A stretch of DNA of 64,000 nt from Yuukianura sp. NJ FZ-2021 (lineage: Eukaryota). The DNA lies in assembly GCA_046563655.1 (NCBI GenBank), contig CM102288.1, forward strand, positions 5,456,001 through 5,520,000, written 5' to 3'. Position 1 is the first letter of the stretch. Each line of letters opens with the position of its first letter. Shown here piece by piece: positions 15,401 to 27,900 of this stretch. The position numbers and the translations under genes are program-made. The notes under the pieces were generated by a model, which saw nothing but the letters and a program-made list of their open reading frames with translations, was not told the origin of the DNA and did no database searches.

Positions 15401-18400
15401 ATCCGAAATCCGGATTTTTAAATACTGAAATCCGGATTTCTACGGATTTCAAGAGCTATTCGAGGGCATGTGCGATATCCAAAAAAAAATAGCCAACCTC
15501 AGATATACTCAATTTCAGGGATCGTAAAATACCGTATTTTGTATTGTTGTGCCAATGTTGTGCCAATGTTGTGCCAATGCTGTGCCAATGTTGTGCCAAT
15601 GTTGTGCCAATGTTGTGCCAATGTTGTGCTAATGTTGTGCCAATGTTGTGCCAATGTTGTGCCAATGTTGTGCCAATGTTGTGCCAATGTTGTGCCAATG
15701 TTGTGCTAATGTTGTGCTAATGTCGTGCTAATGTTGTGCCAATGTTGTGCTAATGTTGTGCTAATGTCGTGCTAATGTCGTGCTAATGTTGTGCTAATGT
15801 CGTGCTAATGTTGTGCTAATGTTGTGCCAATGTTGTGCTAATGTTGTGCTAATGTTGTGCCAATGTTGTGCTAATGTTGTGCTAATGTTCTGCCAATGTT
15901 GTGCTAATGTTGTGCCAATGTTGTGCTAATGTTGTGCTAATGTTGTGCCAATGTTGTGCCAATGTTGTGCCAATGTTGTGCTAATGTTGTGCTAATGTTG
16001 TGCTAATGTTGTGCTAATGTTGTGCCAATGTTGTGCTAATGTTGTGCCAATGTTGTGCTAATGTTGTGCCAATGTTGTGCTAATGTTGTGCTAATGTTGT
16101 GCCAATGTTTCATTTTTCTTTCAACACTAGTAATTATAAAAAATAAACACGCCGAATTTATCATCAAGGTTTTAGCTACGAGTGTTTCCAACCTGCATTT
16201 CTGACAGCTTAAACCAATTTTGAATTTCTTATGGGAGTTAACACAGAAATTGAAATCCGGATTTAAATCCGGATTTCAGGATTGAAATCCGTCAAAATCC
16301 GAAATCCGGATTTTAAGAAACCCGCTCCGGATTCCGACCCCTAGGTGACACCCTACTCCCCTGTCTCTACTACCCGCAATTGACAATGGACAGGGAAAAG
16401 GAAATGTTCCATGAATTTTGAGTTCCAAGCACGAAATATGATTAATTTCAAAAAATCAAATGTTAGCGGGGATCACGGGAGGAAGTGCCACAACATGGTA
16501 CGAGTTCACCCACAGTTAATTGCCCCACTTCCACTTCAACCAACCAACAAAAGGCATACAAACTGCGGTGTCAGCTTTTCGGACGATGCTCTACATTCGG
16601 AAAACTCTTTTTTCAAAATCTTTTTCAAAAATTAAATTGGTACAAAAAAAAAGAGAAACTTTAAACTTCCAATTCAAAAGCCAGGAAATGACAATCATCA
16701 TTTTAGTGAATTGGAGAAATGCAGGATTCGTCACTTTCTGAACTCAATTTAAAAATTCTTTAGGAAAAACCACAAGAGGTGCCAAAAACTCACTCAAAAA
16801 CGCACTCAACTCCAATTAATTTGATTCAATGCGTTAAATTAACTTGGCGAAAGTGGAGTCTTGCCTATTCAAACTTATTTTAAACCAAACGAATTCCAAT
16901 TTACGCATCATACAATTCAAAAAGTTACACACTTTTCAAAATCCAAGTTTGCATTCCAACCGCCTCAAAAAATTTAAACATGTCCAATTTTGTAAGATTT
17001 ATCCCCGCCACGGAACCTCAAGTGCCCGCCAAAGTAAGCTAAAAGTTGAAATACGTAAACATAATTGACATAAACATGAAACACATAAGCATGAAATGTA
17101 TCAGCAAGACAATTACGTGTAAGGCTATTACCTAAACAGTACTTACATAAACTTAAGAGCGGAACCTTCACTTTTAGTCATGTTTGATGTAAAACGATAG
17201 TTTGATTCGTGTTTATGTCAATCTTTGTGCTTATGTAAACTTACTTTTAAAAAAAAGTGAATGTTTTCGTACCTGGTGTCGACGAAGCTCTTTCTGAAGA
17301 CAGTCTGGAGCCCACTGCACGTTGAAAGCAAGCGGTTGAAGCTCCTCCTCCATTTGACGCAACCAACGACTCACCCAGTGCACATCGCAGTCCTCACCTG
17401 AATGACACAAAAACGTATTTTTATCGAATTTCACATCATTTCGTCGCTCCAAATATTTCAACTGCTATTTGATCAACAGAATTCCATCAACAAGACCCAT
17501 CAACGATTTTCAGCCCCTAAATTGCATCAACAGGCTAGCCAAACCTATCATTTCATCTAACTGAGATATTTCGACTGTTGACATAGTCAGTTGATACAAT
17601 TAGGGAGTTGACGAATTGTTGTTGACGGAATTGTGCTGATCCAAACGCAACTGACGTAATGGCATACTGCCGATTGATAAACCCCGGCTTATTTTGAAGG
17701 AATGAAGCTTACTGGAAGAGTTAGATGATCTGTGGTTCTCTTTGTTTCTTCCTGAACTCTGACAAAGTAGAATTTTCTCAAGAGAATTCCATTGAGAGTT
17801 CATGTGCTTCATCCTCCACTGAAACTCTTCCTTCAAGTTAGGAAGGCTGCAAATCCAAATTAAAATGCATTAGACTTCAATCAACTAAAAAGTATTCAAA
17901 AAAGCGCGGCAAATCAGAACTTACTTTTCAGCCAGGATTCTCCCTCGTTCGTTCATCTCCTGCTGCACATGCTGATTTCGCTCCATATCGTCCGACTGTA
18001 AAAACAGAACCATTTTGAGACACTCATAAGTTCTTAAGCACATAATCCATAAGCAAAAACACATTGTATATGTAGCCTAATATACTAAATACATGCACGT
18101 ACAAACATTCAATACTAAACTGTTGTTTTAGTATGAACAACTTACGAGTTGACACAGAACAGCCGAATCAGCCAATTGACTTCGCTTGGCTTGCATGGAG
18201 TTGAGCCAATCAGAAATTCGAGAATAGTCTTCCAGGAATTCACGCACGTCGTCATGCTTTCCCGCCAAAGTTGAAGTTGTGCCCTGCCGAGAAACCAACA
18301 AAATTGTATTAAAATTCAGTTAGATTTTCAATTACTCGAAAATTTAACACTAAAAAATACCAAAACTTCTAGCAGTTTAAAAAAGTTAAAGTTAAAGCGA

Positions 18401-18513
18401 GTGTTAATGATCGTACCTGCACTGCTTGAAAACAGAACTTCCACAGCTCGTCTTGACTCATTTCCTCCGCCGAACCCCAAGATCTTCGATGGAACTTTTT
18501 CTCCAAAGCTCTT
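473..18513 (-). CDS. klar: Klarsicht-like protein (KASH-domain nuclear-migration/lipid-droplet transport family), N-terminal part; multi-exon, 3' end runs off the left edge
   Basis: Phase-compatible GT-AG exons on the minus strand: 18417-18513, 18146-18283 (EFLEDYSRISDWLNSMQ), 17925-17995, 17713-17846 (EEFQWRMKHMNSQWNSLE), 17273-17397 (EDCDVHWVSRWLRQMEEEL), 4441-4632 (DLQSEIESK...VERRWIQLRLRILEW), 1694-1969 (EPLSKYARL), 473-1369 (TYYFKHSDTE, IEELVEKAEYLV, RVRQWV). These motifs and their order match my recollection of arthropod Klarsicht N-terminal regions. The KASH domain is not in the window. A candidate upstream exon (18831-18990, ATG ~18981) could not be phase-joined with certainty. Confidence 0.75.
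12772..12872. repeat. Short degenerate minisatellite (~30-bp unit, ~3 copies)
   Basis: Recurring TTGTTCAAATATTCAAA(A/T)CTAACCGCCT-like unit in the klar intron. Confidence 0.6.
15339..16343. mobile_element. Non-autonomous hAT-superfamily element (MITE), 1005 bp, in the klar intron
   Basis: Perfect 18-bp TIRs TAGGGGTCGGAATCCGGA / TCCGGATTCCGACCCCTA; exact 8-bp TSD GGTGACAC (15331-15338 and 16344-16351); clustered subterminal AATCCGGATT motifs at both ends; no transposase ORF. Confidence 0.9.
15545..16109. repeat. 11-bp tandem array (TGTTGTGC[C/T]AA)n, ~51 copies, inside the hAT MITE
   Basis: Direct reading; head-to-tail units with no spacers, variants TGTTGTGCCAA, TGTTGTGCTAA, TGTCGTGCTAA. 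Confidence 0.97.
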
Positions 18514-21500
18514 CTGCAACAAAAACAGCCATCAATTCAATTATTTTCATATCACAAAACACAACTTCCAACGTAATGTCGAACAGACATTTGGGAACAT
18601 AAAAAAAGTTCATTTGGGCCAAATTGATTTTGTGGTTTCGCATTAAATTGGCCTCTGAGGTTAGAAATCGCAAAGTCCAAATTGCATTTTGCTACGCACA
18701 GAAGTAAGTGGAACCCAAATGGAATCCGAGACACTAAAAAATGGCGCATAAATTCAAAATTTTCATTCCCGCAATCCGCATCCTGCTCTCGCAGTATTAT
18801 GAGAATCAAAATTTCAAAAATACACTGTACGTTTGCTCCGTGGCGAGTATGTTTCGAACCTTGACTTTTTGGACGAAAGTGAATGGCAATGTCTATAGTT
18901 GACACTCATCTTCGACGATTCCGGCGTTTTCAGAACTTTATTGGACGGGCTCAGAGACGACATCGACATGCTGCACTTCATCTTCTCCTTCTGAAATCAA
19001 TTAACAAAGACGATTAATAATTGAACTTGTCTAAAAATTCTAACAACCATACTATCGTTCTGCACATAAGTAGTTGGTGGGTTTTGAAAAACCCGCCAAG
19101 GAAGCTTCTTTTTCTTCGAGGAAGATTCATTGGCGGTTTTTTCAAAACTTGGGAACTATTTCTGTGCAGACCGCTAAATTTTGAATTCCTTACCCGTTGT
19201 TACAATCAGCTGTTTAGTAGACTTTTAAGTTAAGTCGTGTCGTCGTCGTGTGTTGCTGCGTAGTTTTTGCAAACGCCTGTCTTCGCAATCTGAAGTCGCG
19301 TAGATAGTGTCCGCTGCATCCACCACTTCTCATTTCTTTTACAGAGTTACCCAACAGGTTATGGCTACTCTATTTTACACTAATTGCCAACTAATTGATT
19401 AATTAGTTACTACAAACTTACAAAAATCAATGATATGTTACAACCGAAAGTACAAGCTCGTGTATACAATCACAGAAGCAGTATAAATTACAAGGAAACT
19501 ACGATTTTCTTACGTTGGCACTTGAGATATAGTTAGATATTTCAACAAATCGTAAACTGTTTTAACATTCCTAAGTCAGTCTTAATTAATTTACTCGTAA
19601 AAGGCATATGACATAAGGCTCTAAGATAAGCTTATTCACAGTGACAGTGAGTCACACGATCGTATTCCTCTTCAGTGTAAGTTGGAATTAGAAGTGCTTT
19701 GGTTCTATAGATTCCGATCCTAGTAAGCACTTTGTCAGCACTTTTAAAGTGTTGCAGTTGAAGGATGGATGGTGTTAATTAGTGATGGAAATTCAAATGA
19801 AGTAGACCATTTTACTCCTGGTGAGGAGTGTTTCCTGTGTCTTTCGGCATCTGGAACCCCTGCAAAAACAAAACAAAAATGTTAATCGTCTATTAGAGTA
19901 CGATTAACGTTAGGTTTACTTAACAGTAACATGGTACATATTCTGTTGACTGATATCCATAACATAGTAACTAACACAAGAGATAACGCAGCTCTTAAAA
20001 AGTGCTAAAATCTAAAACCCGTTTATGTTTCAACTAACAACGTCCCAAATTCTTTAACTTTTCTGCCAACCGATTGTTTACTCAGCGTATCTCAACTTAT
20101 CAAGGAATTATCGCCATACAAAAGTGAATTTTCAATTTGATTCGAAAATTTCCCGCCACATCTCCAACTTCGAATCGAACTAATTGCGAGTTTTCAAAAT
20201 CCAAGTTTCAGCAAAATTGGATTTGTCAGTTTGAACTTCAAACTTTGAAGTTCAAGCTTTGAACTTAGAAGTTCCAACTTGGAAACTTTGAAGTTTTGAA
20301 TCGTTATCTCGCAATTGCCTTCCAAATCAATCCACTTTCTTCTTTTGTCTCCTTTTTTAGTTTTTCTCTACATTTTTTGTTCTAAATCACAAACTACCTT
20401 CTCAAGGATTCCGCAAATTGGAGAACTCAAACAGAAAAAGTTGGTGTGAAAAGCACAGGACCTGAACGACGAACGACTAAAAAGTTGGAATTTGAAGACG
20501 GAGTGACACAAGGCAAAGGAACTTGGAGTACTGTAAATTCGCAACGTGCTAATCAGGAAAATATGGAGATGACTGTTTGCCAATCCCATTCCCAAAGTAT
20601 TTCTTGAGTTCCTCCTCCACACATGAGACACCCAAGTCAACACTGGGACCCTGTCGAGACAAAAAATGGGGAGACAAAGGGATATTAACACACAACAGTC
20701 GAAGATTGGACGACTTGACTTCGTTGGCGACCTTTGGATCTTTTGAATCTAGTCAACGAACTCCTCTTCATCTTCCTCCGCATCTTAAATCCACAGTTTC
20801 CTTCTCTTTCTTATTACCACATGAGTTGTCCATGAGAGTTGGCTAATTAAAAGTTCAAATGTGTATCATTCCTAACCAGAATTGAGAGGATGTTGGGCGC
20901 ATAAGATTATCATTTACATGACTATGATTTGAATCTGTGTTGTAAACAGGAAATCCACCTCCGCACCGACCATGGACTACTGATTCATCGAGATCACTTT
21001 ACTACTCACACCCATGCCACCACCCTGCACAGAATCAACAAAATTAGTTAGTCAATTGAAATGCTTCTCAAAACATAAAGCTTGGTTAGCTTTCTAGGCA
21101 AACGCAAACGCAGTAGTTGAAGTTGAGGGAAACTGGATGACCCTGAGAATTGTATTATGAATTTATCCGCTCCACCATCAGAGGAATCGTTAGTGGACTT
21201 TGATAGCTTAATTTATCACATGGCGTATAATTTTATTACTCTTCCCAGTTCCCACTTTAATCATTAAGCTTGTTATGCATATCCTCAAAGTAAAAGATTA
21301 AACAAGTACTACTGAATGGTGGAAATCAACTGCAAAAAATCCAAGTAGGATATTGTTAGACTCTGACTTGTTAAATTTGCGAATGCGGGCTAACAATGGC
21401 AGTAATCAACACAAACTAGCACAAAACTACCAATCACTAGCAGTTGAGCTGAGCTAAACGAAAACTTTGAGGCAAAAACTCCATGTAGTAGAACCATGAC

Positions 21501-21735
21501 ACAGCACTATTGCTGATCTTGACCTTTGCCCTGACATGATGAGAAATGACAATAGGTTTTTGAATGCTCCTGTTGTCATTTATACTGTCCATCCCATTTG
21601 AAACACGAACCATGCATCTCTCTAGCTAGGATGATCTATTGTCTTTGTCTTTGTCACTGTGTGTGGATGCAACAGTGGACGCAGACATTTGGAGGTTAGG
21701 ATACCAGCAATGGCGCCGAAGCACGCAATTTTAAG

Positions 21736-21979
21736 TAAAACCGGAAGAGGTGCGCAAAACCTTGGGTAAAAACAGTGCACTAATTAGCATTTATAGCAGT
21801 TTGTGGCTTGGGTGTTTAGTCGAACAAAGCCCAATATCCGAGTTTGGTTGAACCAAAATTAGGTTACGTTAATTGAAGGTTTAGCAGTGATTAGCAATGT
21901 TGAAGTGGCTGTTTGTTCATGCCTGATGATCTGCTTAACGTTTTCCGATTTCCTTCGACGTTAACCTCTTCCGGTTTTA
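21736..21979. mobile_element. Probable old MITE (~245-290 bp)
   Basis: Perfect 16-bp inverted repeat TAAAACCGGAAGAGGT (21736-21751) / ACCTCTTCCGGTTTTA (21964-21979), extending imperfectly ~20 bp outward; no clear TSD. Confidence 0.45.
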
Positions 21980-24900
21980 TAAAATAACTGAATCGGAGCG
22001 GAGCTGCAACAAACTATCTTATAAACACGTCCTGACTTTACCCTTTCCCCTGCTTTACTTTATGTAATGACTCTGACTGAATGCTAAAATCCGAATCGAA
22101 TAACAACAACATGTAGTGCCTACATTATAATTGACTTATTAGTAAAGTTAATGATGGTTACCCAACGGCTTCCAGTGCCCCTCTCGTTGAAATAGCGTAG
22201 CTTAGCTTGTGACCCCGGACGTATCGCTGTCACTGTTTTAGTTTGTGTGTATACTGCTTCTGGAACTGGAAACAACCGACGACTCACTCATCGTCCCATT
22301 CCTTTTCCCTGTGAGCAAACAACTGCTGAGCTAACACAAGAGATCTCTACAATCTCACGGGCGATAGAAGTTGAGGTGGAACATTCTCCTGATTGCAAAA
22401 AAAAAACACTTTGCGGAATTTCATAGCGACCGAAACTGAAGGATAAAAAATAGAGAAGAGATTATTTCTCAGGATTCAGGAAAGAAGGTTGCAGTACACC
22501 GATACATAGTTCATTGTACCCACAGCATTATCCGAACCATTTTCTGCTACTCCGTTGCTTGTAACCACCACTATTTTATTTGAACGGAAGCACGCCATAA
22601 GGTTGTAAAGGAGAATTTTTTCTAAAAATTTTGTTTCTACTGCGTTGAGGGCTAGGTTTTTCGAAGTAATTTTTAGAAACATTTACTTTAAAAGCCATTC
22701 ATTTGAAACAATGGCATGGAAGGATATGAAACAGGGCAGCATTTTAAGGTTATGTTGTAACCACCTATTATAAAAACTACAGTTGGGTGGTTACAAAACT
22801 TATAGGCATATAAGACAACAGTAAGTTACACATACTACATGGTTACAGCTATTAGCATTAAGTTACTCCAAAATAAAATGGTAGCCACCATTTGTAATAC
22901 TTAGGTCGTTTATTACACAGGGTAGTTTACGTTTATAACTTAAAACAATGAACCCTGTGCTCGTTAGTTTATTGTTGTTTGCTTAGAATACGTGGTCACA
23001 TTTATTATACGGTAGCTCGCTTTCAACCGGCCTAAATCTTTTATATTCTACTGAATTTGGATTTTAAAATGGTTTCCCGCTGTTCCAACTCATAGTGTAT
23101 AACGCGGCCAAGAGAGGGCAAACGACGCTCATATTTTCACATTACTTCACAAACTCATTTCGTAATGCTAATCGTATTCAACTTTCCTACTATTTTGCAG
23201 CAGGTAAATTAATTTAAACCTAATTTATTAAAAGTCACATTAATTCAATATTTCTTTAATCCTTTAGTTCATCAAGTTGTTTCAAACTAAAAAACTAAAT
23301 CCCTACGAACACAAAGCTAGGAAATGAAGACCAGGGTTATGGAAAAACATTTGCTTCACTTTGTGAAAACAATTCAAAACTCAAAAAGTTGTTTTCTCAA
23401 GGTTGAAGTTATGGGAATTTGTGTTCAGAATTTCATTCCGCAAAACGCATAATTGCAACACGCACGAAGGATCCACTGCCCTTTGCACAGAAAAACAAAA
23501 TTCCAGGCCCATTTTAGTTTTTTAAGTTTAGGTTTATAGGTGCTTGGGAATTTTTTGTAACAATTTGGCAGGAGTTTTTCAATTTTCTTGGAGCTTAACT
23601 TTCGCATGTCCATGTCCAACTTCATCTTCTTCACAATTCAACACTTTCATCATGTCATATTTTTTGTTGAGGCACTTGACCTCTGACCCCGACACCATCT
23701 ATTCACATTCTTCCATGGAAGTCATAAACTTCAAGACTCAACTGTCGAGACATAAATCAGAGACTTCATCTGTTCCACATCTGACTGAAGATGAGCTAGT
23801 CCATTGTGTTTTTGGGTTTGGCCGGAGGGAGGTTCAAATTGATCTGGACAGATACTAAATTGTGTATTCTACGCATGAACAGAAACCCACTTTTTACTGG
23901 CATACTGATGGAGAGTCAATTACACCTTTGAAAGTGTAACATCTTAAGTTAAAAGATGCTGGTTGAAGTAGCGTTGGCTTGCCTTCTTTGTAACCATCAC
24001 AGGAGTTCCACAGTACCAGTAGCCGCCATGTCAGATGGTACAGCAAAAAAAAATATTTGCGGAAAAAAAACATACACATAGATAAACTTTTTGCAGCTAC
24101 AAAAACCAACTTAATATACCCGCAAAATACCAGCAAAAATCAGCAAAACAAAAGCAACGCAGCAAAAATCGAGGAGAAACACTTTTAGTAAAAATGACAA
24201 CAAAAATATTTTTTTGCTGGAACTATTCAACGGAGTGGCTTCAGTCCGGTGGTTACCATGTTTAAAAAAACGTTGTATCTCTTTCAAGTAGTAACCACTT
24301 GGTGGTTACCATATGTGGTTACAACAAATGCAACTCAACCATACTGCAACCGGTCTAGGTGAATGGGTTCAAGGAAAGGGAAAGTGCGTAAACGCACCTT
24401 TAACACTTCCCCCAAGCCAATTTGAAACACTTAAAATGATGATACCAATTTCAGATAATAGATTCAGCATTATTGAGTCTCTGTTCTTAAAGTAATTTTT
24501 TCTAAACAAAAATTCAAATAACTTTTTTGAAAACCTTTTCAGCCTAAAGTCTTGTTTTAAATTAAAAAACGGAGATGAATATGAACAAGATTTTTACTTC
24601 TGCTCAACTTAACCAGTTCGCCTGTCGCCTCGAAAGATTTGAAATCGCCCGCTGCGAACTCTTTTAATTGAATCTTTTGCCTCCATTAACATGAAAAGTA
24701 GTTAAAAGACGAAAATTAATTAACAGCCACCCAAAAATTTAGTTGAAGCGTGTTGGACTTGTAGCGGGTCATGCTTCGTCACTCCGCTAAAGAGTGAATG
24801 GACGCTGAGCAATTTATTGTGGGGACCAATAAATTAAAAAAGACGTGTACTTTTTAATGCGACTGCAATTTACTGCATTTTCCGCGTTTGCTTTTGTGCT

Positions 24901-27900
24901 CTGCGCTCCGCCCCCGATGAGCGTACAACTGCTCTTGAATGAAAGGCTGTAATTTGAAGTGTTTAATTGTTTACGTTAATTGCAAATAATCAACTCACAA
25001 ACACCTTCCAAGCCACTCAACTCAAACAAAAACATGAGATGACAGTCAAACAAGGGAAACAAACTCGAGAGAGAGAAAACGTCCATAGCAAAGTATCGAA
25101 AACAACGTTTGTACCAAAGTATCGACGACGACGTGTGTACCAAAAACATGTTGATGATGAGGAAAAACAATATACATCTCTCCAGTAACCAAAAATACTC
25201 AACAAAACAACAAACAATCAAACATACACGCTCGAAAGGGCAAAAATTAAAATAGCCAGTGAAATAAAATCGTGTTTAGCACAAATTTGAAACGTGTGCA
25301 TAAAGTACTACACCAGAAAAAAAATGCAAATTGCGAAATTTTTGCCCAGTTTTCATTTAACCAATAGCAAAAATTACTTTCAAATCTACTCTGCTGGGTT
25401 CAGTGATACACGTGACAGACAGACGGACAGACAGACAAAGAACTCCAAGAAAGTATGTTTGCACTACTTTTAAACCAATGCCGCATTTTTCTGTTGACTT
25501 TCGCTTTCTCCAGAGTTTGAAATGTCAATGCCACTTTACTTCTAGGAATTGACCCAAAAAATACGCAGAATTTGGATCGAAACCGAAAGCTAATCGATAT
25601 ATGAGTTGGCTTTAATAATTAAATCCGTCAGAAACCAGGACACACTTGGAGGAAAAGCAGGTTAATTAACTTAGAAATTTTTCATCATAACTTTTTTTTT
25701 GAAAAAAGTTTATAGCTCATAAAGCCTATTGTCATTAGACCCTTTTAGTGAGAAAGTATATGATCTGTATCATAAAAGACATTTCGACATTTGGAACAAT
25801 CGTGAATGTCCCTACAAGGCGCAGAGACGAAAGCTGAACCAATTGTGTCCAAAAGTCATTCACTTCCAAAATCAGTGACTTTTGTGACTTTACTTGATTT
25901 TGCCATCGGTACTTAATTCTGTTATGTTAGCTAACCTAACTAACCTAAAGCGAATCATAAATCAGGAAATGGGGAAAGTGGAAATGATCAAAGCACTTAA
26001 AAGCGTCTTAACGAGAAGTGCGAAGTTTGACACCTCGTAATCAGATGAAGCGTACAGATCATATTAGGAAAGAGTCACGATCGAATCTCGCTCTAAATCA
26101 AACATAAGTACAGCCGAATTCCGCCAAACTTACCATGTTCTATGCTCAAAATCTCTACTTACAGAAATTTTCAAGAAAAAAAAAATAAGTAGTCTCTACC
26201 CAACTGTTTGTTCCCTAAAATGTTTTTAAATTTTCTTGGAGAAAATTGAAAAAAGTACATAATGGCATAAAGAACTTTAAATTTTTCTGAAATGATCTCC
26301 ACTTTTTTGAAAAAATCACGATTGAAAAATCCCGTTGACTGTGATTCCTAATCCGACTTAAGTTAGGCTAAGCTTAACCTAAGCCTAATTTAGAGCAACA
26401 AAGGGCACGACCTCTGACCCCTGACAGCTTGTGCTCACTAAATCTTACACCGTTAAGTGTCGTGACACATTAGGGTAGGTTTAGGTTAAGGTTAGTGACA
26501 CATTACGTACAATTTATGAGACATCTAAAGACGTGCTGGATTTGGAAAACGCTTTTGTTGGAATTAGGCTCAAAATCATGGGGTAATCAGCATGCAAAAC
26601 GGGCCAAAATTACATAAACACAAAACACAACAGAACCGGTAAATTTCAGGACTTGACTTTAATCACCTTGTCGCACCTTAATCCCGCTTTAAAACATGCT
26701 AAAACACTTGTTCAAATTCTTCACAACTTGAAACTCATTACACAGTTTGCGTCTAAAATTATAGTAGTCATGTGAAGAAAGAAGTTATACCGGTAGTTAA
26801 CACTTTCCATAGTTTTATGTCTAGAAAACATTTACAGAGATCCAAAGTCTATAAAATACACAAAGATGCATCAATAAAATTTGGAAGCGAAATTTTGAAA
26901 TTTCAAATCTTTTGGAAATCAGAAGTCACAAAACTCGTGGTTAATTGAAGAAGCGGAAACGTAAAGAAAGAAAAACGTCGGAAATCTTAAAATTCTGTAA
27001 TTTTTTAAATTGTATTACTGAATTCTAATTATCAAAGTCATTAGGTTTAATTTTCGTTAATTTTAAATTTTGTGTTAAAAATTTCATCTAGTCAGTCACA
27101 AATTTTTTTGAAAGGTGGCTTGGTATATTTCCCAAATATTCTTTCAATTTATTTTATGATTCTTGTAGTTAACTGTTTTATATTTTCTTAATAAATGTGA
27201 AATAATTTATATATAATTACATAATGCAAATAGACCAACAGAATTCGGTTACTTTTGAGTAAGATTTAGTGGTTTAGATTAGTCAAACAGTTTTTTCGAG
27301 GGCACGCCCTTAGTTCGTTTAGGAGTGGATTTATGCTAACATGGGTGTACTTATGGCTCATGTTTTGTTTGTATTTATGCGTGTAGACGCACTTTGAGCA
27401 AGAACAGAGGGAATCCATTACAATTGGAATGGAGATGAGGCTGTTTGGACTCTTTCATAAATAAAAGATTAAGCTGGGAGAGGGTCGTGCGTCTGAAGAC
27501 ATAAAACAGAAGCCATTGAACTTCAAATGTTAAGTTTTGTTTTAGAAATGAATTTTAAACACCCCCGCCCATGGAGAAAGCATGGACACGTGGACACACG
27601 ACAAAGCACAGGACTTGGAAGCCTTACTTAAAACTATAACAGCGAATTTCGGCTTAAAACTCATCGAACTCCTGAACAATTTTACACTTCAGCACAAAAA
27701 ACCTACAGTAAAACCTTTTCTAAAATTTTTGTTCATTCTGATGTATTTGCAATTGCAATTTTCTAAAATGTCTGCTTAAATTATCTCTAAATCCTGAATT
27801 ACTGCCTAAAGTACTTTTTATTCCTAAAATTATGAATTTTAAATTCTGAACCTGAACTGTATGACTTTCAATTTTGGAAATGGCTTTTGTTATTTTTGTA

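Noticed and set aside
15545..16109. CRISPR array or repeat-protein gene (AQHWHNIGTTL / CCANVVPMLCQ ORFs)
   Set aside because: 11-bp units are contiguous with no unique spacers and no cas genes; the ORFs are by-products of the tandem repeat within a MITE.
4633..17272. Numerous 60-120 aa ORFs in the klar intron as nested genes
   Set aside because: K/F/N/S-rich compositions expected from AT-rich DNA; no domains or coherent exon chains.
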